Shown piece after piece: positions 37,860 through 48,461 of a DNA stretch of 64,000 nt. The notes under the pieces were generated by a model that saw only the letters and a list, made by a program, of their open reading frames with translations, ran no database searches and had not been told where the DNA came from. Source of the stretch: an uncultured Verrucomicrobiae bacterium (GTDB taxonomy: Bacteria; Verrucomicrobiota; Verrucomicrobiia; Chthoniobacterales; UBA10450). The stretch is from NCBI GenBank assembly GCA_963834385.1, contig CAWIBO010000003.1, positions 416,001 to 480,000 of the forward strand. The letters are read 5' to 3'. The translations under genes and the position numbers were made by a program. How positions within the stretch are numbered: the stretch's first letter is position 1; each line of letters begins with the position of its first letter.

Positions 37860-38924
37860 TCAAAGCGAGTCGATGGCCGCTTCCAGGCGCGCCAGGGAAA
37901 CGTCGGAACTGAGCCGGGCCGACCCGAGCCCCGGCGTCACCACAAAACGGACCTGGCCGTTCTCGAATTTTTTGTCGCGGCGAAGCGCGGCGCGGATTTT
38001 GTCACGGGAAAGGTTGGTCGGCAGCTTGACCGGCAAACCGAAGGAAGAAAGGGCGGCGGTGACACGCGCCTGCTCCGGTCGGGGGAAGCCGGCGCATTCA
38101 TGGGAGATATTACAGGCGGCGACGATGCCCAGGCTGACGGCTTCGCCGTGCAGGAGCTCACGATAATCGCCCGCGGCCTCCACGGCGTGCCCAATGGTAT
38201 GGCCGAAGTTGAGCAGCGCGCGCCGTCCGTGCAGGTCTTCCGCGTCGGTGGCGACGTGGGCCGCCTTGATCTCCACGTTGCGCCGGATGAGGGGCGCGAG
38301 ATTTGTTCGATCGAGGCGCTCCAGGTCATCGAGCAGCGAGGAATCGGCAATGATGGCGTGCTTGATGATCTCGGCGAAGCCCTGGCTGAGCTGTCGCGGG
38401 GGCAGGGTGGCGAGCGTTTCCGTGTCGCTCAGGACCAGGCTGGGCTGGTGCACGGCCCCGGCCAGATTTTTCCCGGCGGCGAGATTGACCGCGGTTTTGC
38501 CGCCAATGGCGCTGTCGACCTGGGCCAGGAGAGTGGTCGGGAGATTAATCCAGGGAATGCCACGATGATAGATCGAGGCGACAAACCCGCCGAGATCGCC
38601 CACAACCCCGCCGCCCACAGCGACGAGGAAGGAGGAACGGTCGAGCCCGGCGCGCGCCATGCGTTCGCAGAGCGATTCCGCCTGGGAAAACGATTTTGCC
38701 TCCTCGCCCGGCGGGACGGTGAGAAGGATGACCTCGAATCCGGCCTCTTCGAGGCTGGCGCGGACCCGCGGGGCCATGCGGCGGGCGACAATCTCATCCG
38801 TGACAAGGGCGCAGCGCCGGCCGCGAACGAGGCGGGCCGCGCGGGCGCCGGCCTGGCCGAGGAGACCCGGCCCGATCAGGACGTCATAGCTGGCCCGGCC
38901 GGCCTGGACCGGGACGATTGTTAC
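37860..38924 (-). CDS. aroB: 3-dehydroquinate synthase
   Basis: SYDVLIG, GGGVVGDLGGF, PTTLLAQVDSAIGGKT, AEIIKHA, LNFGHTIGHAVE, LLHGEAV, DKK; start codon apparently non-canonical (see findings). Confidence 0.95.
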   Translation of the reverse strand, partial: VTIVPVQAGRASYDVLIGPGLLGQAGARAARLVRGRRCALVTDEIVARRMAPRVRASLEEAGFEVILLTVPPGEEAKSFSQAESLCERMARAGLDRSSFLVAVGGGVVGDLGGFVASIYHRGIPWINLPTTLLAQVDSAIGGKTAVNLAAGKNLAGAVHQPSLVLSDTETLATLPPRQLSQGFAEIIKHAIIADSSLLDDLERLDRTNLAPLIRRNVEIKAAHVATDAEDLHGRRALLNFGHTIGHAVEAAGDYRELLHGEAVSLGIVAACNISHECAGFPRPEQARVTAALSSFGLPVKLPTNLSRDKIRAALRRDKKFENGQVRFVVTPGLGSARLSSDVSLARLEAAIDSL

Positions 38925-39553
38925 GGTGGGGCCGCTTCCGTTACGTTCCAGTGTTCGTCCCTCAGGTAATCGTTCCAGCTGATGGTCTCGGCGCGCTGGT
39001 CGCCGAATAAGACATTGATGCGTTTGCGGCCGGCGTGGGTGCCGCCCTGGCTGGTCCCGCCCGGGCTGCTGGCCCCCTTCAACACGGTCACGCCCGGTTC
39101 ATCGGAGTCGGTGGTGCCGTCGAAGGAAACGAAGTCCGAGCTGTCGAGGGCCGGGGCGAAAATGATGAGGACGTTCGCCTCGGCAACGCTGGTCGAGCTC
39201 ATGCCGGGCAGGTTCCTGTTCAGGCCGTAGCTGACCGGGGAATTCTCGCCGTCGGGCCCGGGCGCGCGCAGGTCAAAGGGTGACTGGAGAATGGTCCAGT
39301 TGGTCATGTATTTCGGGTTGAGCTGGGCCATCCAGGTGCGATCGGCGACGAAGTAGTTTCCGTTGTTATCCTGGAGATAGGACTGGGTGGCGCTGCCGAT
39401 CTGGCGGAGTTGCTGCAGATCCTGGGCGGAGCGGGTCCGTTCCTGAAGCCGGTGAAAGACGAAATAGGCGGTGATCGCCAGCACCGCAATGACGACCGTG
39501 ACGACAACGGTCTCCAGAAAGGTGAAACCGGCGTGGGAAGAAGGTCGGCGCAT
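38921..39553 (-). CDS. Prepilin-type N-terminal methylation protein with H-X9-DG-like C-terminal motif
   Basis: GFTFLE followed by hydrophobic helix; QLRQIG; SYGLN; H..R.NVLFGDQ. Confidence 0.8.
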   Translation of the reverse strand: MRRPSSHAGFTFLETVVVTVVIAVLAITAYFVFHRLQERTRSAQDLQQLRQIGSATQSYLQDNNGNYFVADRTWMAQLNPKYMTNWTILQSPFDLRAPGPDGENSPVSYGLNRNLPGMSSTSVAEANVLIIFAPALDSSDFVSFDGTTDSDEPGVTVLKGASSPGGTSQGGTHAGRKRINVLFGDQRAETISWNDYLRDEHWNVTEAAPP

Positions 39554-39657
39554 AAGAACCTGCCTCCGTCATCTTAGCCCCGGGGGCAGGGTTGCCAAGA
39601 AAAAGCGACCGCCGGTTCGGCTTGACTATCAGGGGTGTAGGGCAGATCACTTTTTGC

Positions 39658-40095
39658 ATGGCAGATCCTGTTGATTCCACTTCGCCGCCGCCGCCCGCGC
39701 CCTCCGTGCCCTCCTCGGACCCGGGCAGCACCACCGGTCTCCCTTCCAACGTGGCGGCCGCGCTGGCCTGCTTCCCGCTCATTGGCGGTCTGATCTTTTA
39801 TATCATCGAGAAACGGGATGATTTCGTCCGCTTTTACGCGATGCAGTCGATCATCTTCGGCATCGCCTGGTTTCTCTTCAACATCATCTCGGCGATCATG
39901 CACGCGATCTTCCACGCCATCCCGGCCATTGGCGGCGTCCTTGTCTTCTTCTGGGCGCTCGTGGCCATGCTGGTTCACATTGCCTTTCTCGTGGTCCTGA
40001 TCATTGCCATCGTGAAGGCCCTGAGCGGTGTCCGCTGGGACATTCCCTATCTCGGCCCGCTCGCCCGCCAGCAGATGGGCGGCAGACCGGCCTAG
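39658..40095 (+). CDS. DUF4870-like membrane protein
   Basis: TGLPSNVAAALA, EKRDDFVRFYAMQSII, KALSG..WDIPYLG. Confidence 0.8.
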   Translation: MADPVDSTSPPPPAPSVPSSDPGSTTGLPSNVAAALACFPLIGGLIFYIIEKRDDFVRFYAMQSIIFGIAWFLFNIISAIMHAIFHAIPAIGGVLVFFWALVAMLVHIAFLVVLIIAIVKALSGVRWDIPYLGPLARQQMGGRPA

Positions 40096-41219
40096 GCGAC
40101 GGCTTCTTTTCGCCCGAGAAGTTTTACCACCACCTCGGTCAGGACCAGTTCATGGTCGAGGCTGCTGCTGACGAGCTGCAGGTTGGCCTCAAGGCAGGCC
40201 TCCAGCCCGGCGATCAATTGGGGGACGCTGAAGGCGTGCGCCTGCTGTGCGGCCAGGCCGAGGCTGTAGCCGTTGATGGTGCCATCCTTTTTTCGCGGCA
40301 GATGCGACGTGGCCGCCGCGGGGAGACGGTTTAGCGCGGAGATAAAACTAAAGGGCGCGGAGGGGCGCGGCATGCGGTGCCGTTCCATCAGGTCCTTGGT
40401 CACAAGCAGATTGCGCACGGTCGGGATCATGGCCACGAGCAGGATGCCGATGGCGGATTCGCCCTGGTCGAGCAGTCTTTTGACCAGGTGCAGGGCGCGG
40501 GCCAGGTCGCGCGCGGCCAGGGCGTTGCTCAGCTCGAAGATGACGCCGGCCCGCGAGATCGGGACCATCTCGGTCACATGCGAAGCCTCGACCTTGCGCG
40601 ATTCGCCGAGGTAAAGATCGAGCTTCTCCAGTTCGTTCTCCACCTGCCGCGTGTCGCCGCCGGTGAGAAGAACAAACGAATCGAGCGCGTCGCCGGCAAA
40701 GGTCAGGCCGCGCCGGCGGGCGCGTTCGCGGACCATCTCGGTGGCTTCCTCCTCCCAGCCGCCCCGGCTCGAATCGAGCCGGTCAAAAACCTGCAGCTCG
40801 GCCTGTTTGCTCAGCGCCTTGTAGAACGAACGACGCTTGTCGATTCCCGGCGCGCTCAGGAGAAACGTGATGCTTTCCCCGAGCCCCGCCTCGAGCACAT
40901 CCCGCAATTCCTCCAGCGCCCCGAGCACCGTGGCGCTCCCGGCGGTGACGCCGTCGCCAAGAAACGTCGCGCTTTTCAACCAGACGAGTTTGCCGCCAAA
41001 GAAGGGAAGCGTCTGCAGCGCCTCCACCGTGTTCCGAATTCGGGTGGCGGCCTGCTCGGCGTTGTCCGCGGCGCCATCGATGATCTCGAGCCCGAAGTCG
41101 CCAGTGTCGGGCGGGGTAAGGGTTGCCGCCAGCTCTGCGGCCACCCGTTTCACCTCGCTCTCGTCGGAACCGACGACAGCGTGAATCCGGCTGGGAGCGT
41201 TTTTGGCTTTGCGCGGCAT
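40092..41219 (-). CDS. holA: DNA polymerase III subunit delta
   Basis: VVGSDE, LQTLPFFGGKLVWLK, GGDTRQVENELEKLDLY, IFELSNAL. Confidence 0.88.
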   Translation of the reverse strand: MPRKAKNAPSRIHAVVGSDESEVKRVAAELAATLTPPDTGDFGLEIIDGAADNAEQAATRIRNTVEALQTLPFFGGKLVWLKSATFLGDGVTAGSATVLGALEELRDVLEAGLGESITFLLSAPGIDKRRSFYKALSKQAELQVFDRLDSSRGGWEEEATEMVRERARRRGLTFAGDALDSFVLLTGGDTRQVENELEKLDLYLGESRKVEASHVTEMVPISRAGVIFELSNALAARDLARALHLVKRLLDQGESAIGILLVAMIPTVRNLLVTKDLMERHRMPRPSAPFSFISALNRLPAAATSHLPRKKDGTINGYSLGLAAQQAHAFSVPQLIAGLEACLEANLQLVSSSLDHELVLTEVVVKLLGRKEAVA

Positions 41220-41223
41220 GGGA

Positions 41224-42327
41224 TCAGACGGGCGATGTCCCGGCGAACTGCACCCGGTCGAGGGCGGCCTGCAGGGCGAGACGAAGCCTGAGCACATCAT
41301 GCAGCAGACGCTGGCCGCGCGCGAGATCAGTGTAACCTTTCGTGCCCTGCAGGCGTTCGCGCTGGAAACGTTCCTGTTCCCGCACCACCGCAGCGTGCGC
41401 GGTCTCACATAAGAGGACAACGTCCACGCAGTTGGCGGCTGATTCCGCGGGCCAGGCGAAGCCCTCGCCCGTGAACTCCCATTGCGGACGCGCGCGCAGT
41501 TCACTCCAAAAACACTGCACCGCCGCCGCCTGCGCGGGATGGCCGGCCTGTTCCTGCAGGAGGCGGGCCGCGACCACGGCATCGCGGCTTATATTTGCCG
41601 CGTGGACCAACCGGTCAAGCGCCCCGATCGCGTTCATCTCCGCCGCCTGGCATTTGGCGTAAAGGCGGGCGTCCTCCTCGAGTAATTTCGCATCCTCCGC
41701 GTCTTCCGGCCGGCCGGTCTGCCGGTAGCCCTGGCGCGCCGGATCAAGGAACGCCATCGCCTCCGCCTGCGCCGCGGCCGTGACCGGCAGGCCCGCAAAC
41801 CGGGCCAGCGCTCCGATCAACCCGGCGGGGTTTTGCTGCGCGCGCGCATGGGAAAGGATCATGATCGGCCAGGGCCAGAAACGCAGCCGGCTGAAAATGT
41901 GACGGTAAATTTCGGCCGACTCGGTCAGGGCAAGCTCCTTCGGCACCCCCTGCCGGCGTTCGCTGGAGAAGGCGACCTCAAGAAGGTCCCGGGTGACGAT
42001 GATGATGCCGGGCTGCCGGAGCATCGAGGCAACTTGTTCAAAGCAAAAGACGTCCGGGAGCGATTTCCAGCCCCAGAGCGAATGTTGCCCGTTCATGCGC
42101 GTGATCGTGGCAAAACTGGCGGCCCGGTCGACCACGGTCTTCTGCATGGTCAGCGGCGACCATTCATGTCGCAGGGCATGCGGTTTTTCCCCCATGCACA
42201 CGCCGAGGATGCGCAGGCAGCCGGCCACCATGGAGGTGCCGCCCCGGCCCACCCCAAAAACCGGGATGGTCCGGACCGGGCCGGCCTCCTCGTTTAATAG
42301 AATGGTCGGCAAAATTTCGGCCGGCAT
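41224..42327 (-). CDS. Sulfotransferase-like P-loop protein with helical C-terminus
   Basis: VFGVGRGGTSMVAGCL, WGWKSLP, TRDLLEVAFS resemble the PAPS-binding motifs. Confidence 0.6.
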   Translation of the reverse strand: MPAEILPTILLNEEAGPVRTIPVFGVGRGGTSMVAGCLRILGVCMGEKPHALRHEWSPLTMQKTVVDRAASFATITRMNGQHSLWGWKSLPDVFCFEQVASMLRQPGIIIVTRDLLEVAFSSERRQGVPKELALTESAEIYRHIFSRLRFWPWPIMILSHARAQQNPAGLIGALARFAGLPVTAAAQAEAMAFLDPARQGYRQTGRPEDAEDAKLLEEDARLYAKCQAAEMNAIGALDRLVHAANISRDAVVAARLLQEQAGHPAQAAAVQCFWSELRARPQWEFTGEGFAWPAESAANCVDVVLLCETAHAAVVREQERFQRERLQGTKGYTDLARGQRLLHDVLRLRLALQAALDRVQFAGTSPV

Positions 42328-42336
42328 GGGAAAATT

Positions 42337-44544
42337 TCAGGCGCGGGAAGTGCGACGCCGCCCGCCGCCCCGGGAATATTTTACCGGGCGCTTTTTCGGC
42401 TCGATTTTGGAGAGCCCGGTCCCGGACTTCACTTCCATGATCTGGTCGCGGAGCAGGGCGGCCCGCTCGAACTCGAGATTGGCCGAAGCCTGCTGCATTT
42501 CCTCCTCCAGTTCGCGCAGCAGCTCGGTCAGGCTGAAATCGCCGCCGGCCTCGCGGATCACGGATGATTCCACCTCGCGCCCGCGCAGGATGGTGTGGAG
42601 ACTCTCCTGCACCGCCCGGCGCACGGTCTGTGGGGTGATTCCGTGCGCCTCGTTGTATTCCATCTGCTTGGCGCGGCGATACTCGGAGATCGAAATGAGC
42701 GCCTGCATGCTCTGCGTGACCGTGTCGGCAAACAGGATGACCTCGCCGTTTACGTGGCGGGCGGCGCGACCGGCGGTCTGGATGAGCGACGTCTGGCTGC
42801 GCAGAAATCCCTCCTTGTCGGCGTCGAGAATGCAGACGAGCGAAACCTCCGGCAGATCGAGGCCTTCGCGCAGGAGATTGATGCCGACGAGGATGTCGAA
42901 ATCGCCGCTGCGCAGCCCGCGCAGGATTTCCACCCGCTCGATGGTGTCGATGTCGCTGTGGAGATAGCGGACCTTGAGACCGACGTCCCGCAGGTAATCG
43001 GCGAGGTCTTCCGCCGTGCGCTTGGTCAGGGTGGTGACGAGCACGCGTTCCTGCACTTCCACGCGCTGGCGGCAGAACTCGATCGTTTCGTCGATCTGGT
43101 TCTTGAGCGGCTTCAGGGTGATGCGCGGGTCGAGCAAACCGGTGGGCCGGATGATCTGCTCGACCACCAGGGGCGCACCCGGGCTGTGAACATCGAATTT
43201 TTCCGGCGGCTCGTCCGTCCGGCTGACCGGGCCGGTGCCGTCGTTCCCGCCGTTTTTTCCCGGGAGGACGAAGGGGACGAGTTCCTCCGCGCCGATGCGC
43301 TGCCGCTTGTGCGGGTAATAGGCGGTGTTGCCGACGACGCTGTTCTGGATCTCGAACTCGGCCGGGGTCGCGCTGACATAGAGCGCCTGGTGGGCGTGCC
43401 CCATGAACTCATTGAAATTGAGCGGCCGGTTGTCCAGGGCGCTGGGCAGGCGGAAGCCGTATTCCACCAGGACGGTTTTGCGGGAGCGATCCCCCTCAAA
43501 CATGCCGCCGATCTGGGGGATGGTGGCGTGCGACTCGTCGATTACCATGAGGAAATCCTTCGGGAAGAAATCAAGCAGGGTAAAGGGCGTTGAACCGGGC
43601 ATGCGCCCGCTGAGGTGACGCGAATAATTCTCGATCCCGTTGCAGAAACCCATCTCCTGCAGCATTTCGAGGTCGTATTCCGTGCGCATCTTCAGCCGCT
43701 GGGCTTCCAGCAGGCGGTGCTGCGATTCCAGCACCTTAATCCGGTCGTCCAGCTCGGACCGGATCGATTGCAGCGCCCGGTTCAGTTTGTCGGCCGGGGT
43801 GACGAACTGCTTCGCCGGGAAGAAGGTGATCACGCTGAGACCTTCCCCGGCGTGGCCGGTGAGCGGGTCAAACCGGCTGATGGCGTCGATTTCATCACCG
43901 AAAAACTCGAGACGGATGGCCTCGTCGTCCGCGGTGGCGGGAAAGACCTCGACCACATCGCCGCGGACACGGAAACGGCCGCGGGTGAAGTTCATGTCGT
44001 TACGCTCGTAGAGCATGTCGACGAGCCGGCCGAGGACCGCTTCGCGCGAGATTTGCTGGCCGCGCTTCACCGTCAGGAGCATGCGTTCATAGTCCTCCGG
44101 CGAGGTGACGCCATAGATGCAGGAGACGCTGGCGACGACGATGACATCGCGGCGGGAGAGGAGCGCGCTGGTGGCGGAGAGGCGCAGGCGTTCGATCTCC
44201 TCGTTGATGGAGGAATCCTTCTCGATGTAAGTGTCGGAGCGGGGGATGTAGGCCTCCGGCTGGTAGTAATCGAAATAGCTCACGAAATATTCCACCGCGT
44301 TTTTGGGGAAGAACTGCTTGAACTCGGAGTAGAGCTGGGCCGCGAGCGTCTTGTTGTGCGAGATGATGAGGGCGGGCCGGTCCAGTTCCCGGATGACGTT
44401 GGCCACGGTGAAGGTTTTGCCCGAGCCGGTCACGCCGAGGAGGGTCTGGTGCCGGTGGCCGGCCTCGATCGACTTGATCAGCTTGGCGATGGCCTGTCCC
44501 TGGTCGCCCCGGGGCTGGTAGGTCGACTCGAGCTGAAACGGCAT
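42337..44544 (-). CDS. uvrB: Excinuclease ABC subunit B
   Basis: [58 protein letters not shown]-terminal UVR domain. Confidence 0.98.
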   Translation of the reverse strand: MPFQLESTYQPRGDQGQAIAKLIKSIEAGHRHQTLLGVTGSGKTFTVANVIRELDRPALIISHNKTLAAQLYSEFKQFFPKNAVEYFVSYFDYYQPEAYIPRSDTYIEKDSSINEEIERLRLSATSALLSRRDVIVVASVSCIYGVTSPEDYERMLLTVKRGQQISREAVLGRLVDMLYERNDMNFTRGRFRVRGDVVEVFPATADDEAIRLEFFGDEIDAISRFDPLTGHAGEGLSVITFFPAKQFVTPADKLNRALQSIRSELDDRIKVLESQHRLLEAQRLKMRTEYDLEMLQEMGFCNGIENYSRHLSGRMPGSTPFTLLDFFPKDFLMVIDESHATIPQIGGMFEGDRSRKTVLVEYGFRLPSALDNRPLNFNEFMGHAHQALYVSATPAEFEIQNSVVGNTAYYPHKRQRIGAEELVPFVLPGKNGGNDGTGPVSRTDEPPEKFDVHSPGAPLVVEQIIRPTGLLDPRITLKPLKNQIDETIEFCRQRVEVQERVLVTTLTKRTAEDLADYLRDVGLKVRYLHSDIDTIERVEILRGLRSGDFDILVGINLLREGLDLPEVSLVCILDADKEGFLRSQTSLIQTAGRAARHVNGEVILFADTVTQSMQALISISEYRRAKQMEYNEAHGITPQTVRRAVQESLHTILRGREVESSVIREAGGDFSLTELLRELEEEMQQASANLEFERAALLRDQIMEVKSGTGLSKIEPKKRPVKYSRGGGRRRTSRA

Positions 44545-44696
44545 CGGGCAGGATAGCATCGGCCCCGCCCGCCCGAAAGGTGACGGCGCTCCCCCGCGAC
44601 CCACCTCGTCCGCGTGGCGAAATGTCAAAAAGCTGGGCAAGCGGGTTATCCCCGATATGGTGGGCGGATACGAGCCGTGATTCCCCCGCGGAAGAC

Positions 44697-46418
44697 ATGG
44701 ACTTCAAGAGATTCCTGATCGAACTGAAGCGTCGTCGCGTCGGTAAAGCCGGCCTCGGCTACGCGGTCGTGGCCTGGCTGCTTTTGCAGCTGGCTTCCAT
44801 TCTTTTCCCCGCCTTCGAGGCGCCGCCCTGGGTCATGAAGGTGTTCATCAGCGTTGTCGTTTTCGGCTTTGCCGTGGTGCTGGTGCTTGCCTGGGCTTTT
44901 GATCTCACGCCGGAAGGGATTCGCCGGACCGGCGCGGACGGGGGCGGCAGCCTTGCGCCGCGGCCTGGCCGACGCGCCCTGACCGTTGTCATCTCCCTGG
45001 CGGCCGCGGCGGCGGCCATTTTGTTTGTTTACTCCCGTTTTGCCTCGGCCCCGGTCGCTTCCGAGCGTTCCCTCGCGGTTCTTCCGCTGGTGAACCAAAG
45101 CGGAGACGCCGCCCAGGAATATTTTTCCGACGGGCTTTCCGAGGAATTGATCAACAGCCTGGGGCAGATTCGGGAACTGCAGGTGGTGGGCCGCAATTCC
45201 TCCTTTAGCTTCAAGGGCAAAAGCGGCGACTCCCGCGCCATCGCCCGCGCCCTCGGGGTGGCCAATCTGCTGGAAGGAAGCGTGCGCAGAGCCGGCGACC
45301 GCGTCCGCATCACGGTAGCGCTGGTTGACGCCGCCACCGGCAATCAGCGATGGGCGCAAACTTACGATCGCGAGTTTGAGGACATCTTCACGGTGCAGGA
45401 GCAGATCGCGCGTGCGGTGGCGGAAGAGCTCCGGGTGACGCTTGTCCGCGATAATTTGGCCGCCTCGGCCCGGCCCAGCAACGGCAGCATGGAGGCTTAC
45501 AACGCTTACCTGGAGGCGGGCCTGCCCAGCCGGTCCAGTATGCCCGAGGACATCAGGCGAACAATCACCCTGCTGGATGAGGCGCTCCGGCATGATCCGA
45601 ATTATGCTGAAGCCTTCGCGCTTAAGGCGCTCGCCTGGGCGCAGCTTGGTTCGCTCAAGGGCGTGCATGGACGGAAGGAACTGGAGGAAGCCCGGGCGGC
45701 GGCAGCCAGGGCGCTGGCCATCAAACCGGATCTGTCCCGGGCGAAGGGAGCCATGGCCTACATTGTGGTCCTGGCCGACTGGAATCTCCCGGCGGCGCAA
45801 GCGCTTCTGGAATCGAACGCCGATGCTTCAACGCCGCGGAACATGCTCGCCAATTTCAAAGCGGCCCAGGGAAAGCATGCCGAAGCGTTGCGGTTGCAGC
45901 AGCAGGCGGTGGCGCTCGATCCGGTTTTTGGCTTGTTTCGTCGCAATCTCGCCTTCCGTTACATCTCGGTGGAACGTTACGCGGAGGCTGAAACGGAATT
46001 GCGGCGCGCCCTTGAACTGCAGCCTCGCGCCGCGGGCATTCACCACGACATCGCGATTCTCGCCCTCTTGCAGGGGGACCCCGGGACGGCCCTCCAGGAA
46101 GCACGCCTGGAAACGAGCGAAACCTTTCGGGATGTCGCGCTTGCCCTTGCCCTCGCGGCCGGCCCTGATCGGGCGGCGGCCGATGCCGCCCTTATCCACC
46201 TGGTCAAGGCACGCGGGGAGGAAGCGCCTTTCCGCGTCGCGGGCGTTTTCGCGTTCCGGCGCGAACCGGACAAGGTTTTCGAATGGCTGGAACGAGCCGA
46301 GGCCCTGCGCGATCCGCGTTTGATCACGCTGCTGGCCGACCCGCTCTTTCGCCCGTATTATTCCGACCCGCGTTTCGCCGACCTCTGCCGGAGGCTCGGT
46401 GTGCCGCCTCCAGTCTGA
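44697..46418 (+). CDS. Membrane-anchored TolB-like/TPR protein
   Basis: [49 protein letters not shown], TPRs, DPRFADL. Confidence 0.85.
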   Translation: MDFKRFLIELKRRRVGKAGLGYAVVAWLLLQLASILFPAFEAPPWVMKVFISVVVFGFAVVLVLAWAFDLTPEGIRRTGADGGGSLAPRPGRRALTVVISLAAAAAAILFVYSRFASAPVASERSLAVLPLVNQSGDAAQEYFSDGLSEELINSLGQIRELQVVGRNSSFSFKGKSGDSRAIARALGVANLLEGSVRRAGDRVRITVALVDAATGNQRWAQTYDREFEDIFTVQEQIARAVAEELRVTLVRDNLAASARPSNGSMEAYNAYLEAGLPSRSSMPEDIRRTITLLDEALRHDPNYAEAFALKALAWAQLGSLKGVHGRKELEEARAAAARALAIKPDLSRAKGAMAYIVVLADWNLPAAQALLESNADASTPRNMLANFKAAQGKHAEALRLQQQAVALDPVFGLFRRNLAFRYISVERYAEAETELRRALELQPRAAGIHHDIAILALLQGDPGTALQEARLETSETFRDVALALALAAGPDRAAADAALIHLVKARGEEAPFRVAGVFAFRREPDKVFEWLERAEALRDPRLITLLADPLFRPYYSDPRFADLCRRLGVPPPV

Positions 46419-46436
46419 CGCCCCTTATTTCCGAAG

Positions 46437-48461
46437 ATGTCCTTCTTGCAAGAGCTCAAACGCCGCCACGTCTACAAAGTCGCGGCCGCCTACGTCGTGG
46501 TCGCCTGGCTGATCACTCAGGTGGTGACGCAGACGTTTCCTTTTTTTGAGATCCCGAATTGGGCGGTGCGGCTTGTCGTTCTTCTTCTTGGGCTCGGGTT
46601 TCCCGTCGCGCTTGTTCTGGCCTGGGCCTACGACATCACCCCGGCGGGCGTGCAACGGGCACAGGCGACCGGCGAAGCCGGGCCGGCGCCATCGGCGCGG
46701 GGATCGCGCCTCTGGCTTTATGTGGTGCTGGTGGGCCTGGCCGTTTCGCTGGGCCTCTTTTTCCTCGGGCGCGCCACCGCGCCGCGCGGAGCCGAGGCGC
46801 CCGCCATTACCGAAAAATCTGTTGCGGTGCTTCCATTTGAAAGCCTGAGCGAGGACAAGGCGAATGCCTATTTCGCCGACGGCATCCAGGACGAGATCAT
46901 CACGCGCCTGGCGAAGGTGGAGGAACTCAAAGTCATCTCGCGCACCTCCACCCTGAATTACCGGGAGAAGCGCCCGAAGATGGAGGAGATCGGCCGGCAA
47001 CTGGGCGTGGCTTACCTGGTCGAGGGCAGCATCCAGAAAGCCGGGAGCCGGGTGCGCATGAACGTGCAGTTGATCGAGGCGCCGACTGATCGTCATCTTT
47101 GGGCGGAATCGTTTGATCGCGAGTTGCACGATATCTTCGCGGTCGAAAGCGAGCTGGCGGAGAAGATCGCACGGTCGCTTCAGGCCACCCTCAGCGGGCG
47201 CGAGGAGGAGGAAATTGCGGCGCGGCCGACCTCGAATCCGGAGGCTTACGACGCGTTTCTGCGCGGGCTGGCCAGTTGGAACACACTCAATACCAGTCTC
47301 GAGGGGATGCGGGCCACCACCGCGCATTTTGCCCGGGCGGTCGAACTGGATTCCCGTTTTGCCCTCGCCTGGGCCTATCTTTCGGCCAGCCACACGATTT
47401 ATTATGCGGAGGCCGATCGCTCCCCGGCGCAGCTGGCCCGCGCCCGGGAGGCGGTGGATCGCGCGGTGGCTTTGAATCCGAACCTTGGCGAAGTCGCCTT
47501 TGCCCGGGGACTCTACGAATACCGCGGAAGGCAGGATTACGAGAAGGCGCTCGAATTTCTCGGGCAGGCTTCGGCGCAGGGCTCCAATCGCGTCGCCGCC
47601 CTTGAGTTCATGGCCTATGTGAAACGGCGGCAGGGCAAGTGGGAGGAAGCGTTGGAGATTCACCGGCGCACCCTCGACCTTGATCCGCGGAACATCATCA
47701 TTCTCTCGGAAGCGGCGGTCACCTTCCGCGCCCTGCGCCGCTTCGAGGAGCAGCGCGCGATGCTGGATCGCGCGCTGGCCCTGGAGCCGGCGAACACGGT
47801 TCTCCTCACCGCCATGGCGGAATCCCATGCCGCCACCGGCGACCTGAACAAAACCCAGGAGTTCCTGGCACGCATCCCGGCAGGGGAGCGGAACAGCGAC
47901 AGCGAAATCATCGCCGGCCGGGTGCTTTATCATTTTTACCTCCGCGATTACCGGGGGGCACTCGACGCCCTGCGGGAGGCACTCGACACCACGGAAATTT
48001 CCCGGGCTGAGCGCGCGGTTCTCGGCGGCTGGGTCGGCCTTGTCCTGGCTTCGCAGGGGCAGAAGGAAGCGGCCCGTCCCCATTTGCTCAAGGCGCGCGG
48101 TGAGTTGCAGGAAATCCAGGACATGGAAACCCAGCCAACCTATGTCGCGCGGGAATTGATCATCATCGCCGCGTTCCTCGGGGATGAGGAAACCGTCAAA
48201 CGGGAAGCCGCCTACATGCAACCCGTCCTGGCCAGCGATGCCCTGGAAGGACCGCTCTTTGCCTGGTCGATTGCCGTGGCGCATGCCCATCTCGGGCAAA
48301 CGGAGGCGGCCCTGGATCAGCTCGCCGAGACCCTGAGAGTGCCCGGCGAACTGGCGGTGACCCGAGAATTGCTCAAGCTCGATCCTCTCTGGGACCCGAT
48401 CCGGTCCGATCCGCGCTTCAAAAAACTGACGGAAGAGCCGGCGGACGCTGCAGCTCGTTAA
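46437..48461 (+). CDS. Membrane-anchored TolB-like/TPR protein (tandem paralogue)
   Basis: ELKRRHVYKVAAAY, KSVAVLPFE, YFADGIQDEII, PTSNPEAYDAFLRG, DPLWDPIRSDPRF. Confidence 0.88.
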   Translation: MSFLQELKRRHVYKVAAAYVVVAWLITQVVTQTFPFFEIPNWAVRLVVLLLGLGFPVALVLAWAYDITPAGVQRAQATGEAGPAPSARGSRLWLYVVLVGLAVSLGLFFLGRATAPRGAEAPAITEKSVAVLPFESLSEDKANAYFADGIQDEIITRLAKVEELKVISRTSTLNYREKRPKMEEIGRQLGVAYLVEGSIQKAGSRVRMNVQLIEAPTDRHLWAESFDRELHDIFAVESELAEKIARSLQATLSGREEEEIAARPTSNPEAYDAFLRGLASWNTLNTSLEGMRATTAHFARAVELDSRFALAWAYLSASHTIYYAEADRSPAQLARAREAVDRAVALNPNLGEVAFARGLYEYRGRQDYEKALEFLGQASAQGSNRVAALEFMAYVKRRQGKWEEALEIHRRTLDLDPRNIIILSEAAVTFRALRRFEEQRAMLDRALALEPANTVLLTAMAESHAATGDLNKTQEFLARIPAGERNSDSEIIAGRVLYHFYLRDYRGALDALREALDTTEISRAERAVLGGWVGLVLASQGQKEAARPHLLKARGELQEIQDMETQPTYVARELIIIAAFLGDEETVKREAAYMQPVLASDALEGPLFAWSIAVAHAHLGQTEAALDQLAETLRVPGELAVTRELLKLDPLWDPIRSDPRFKKLTEEPADAAAR

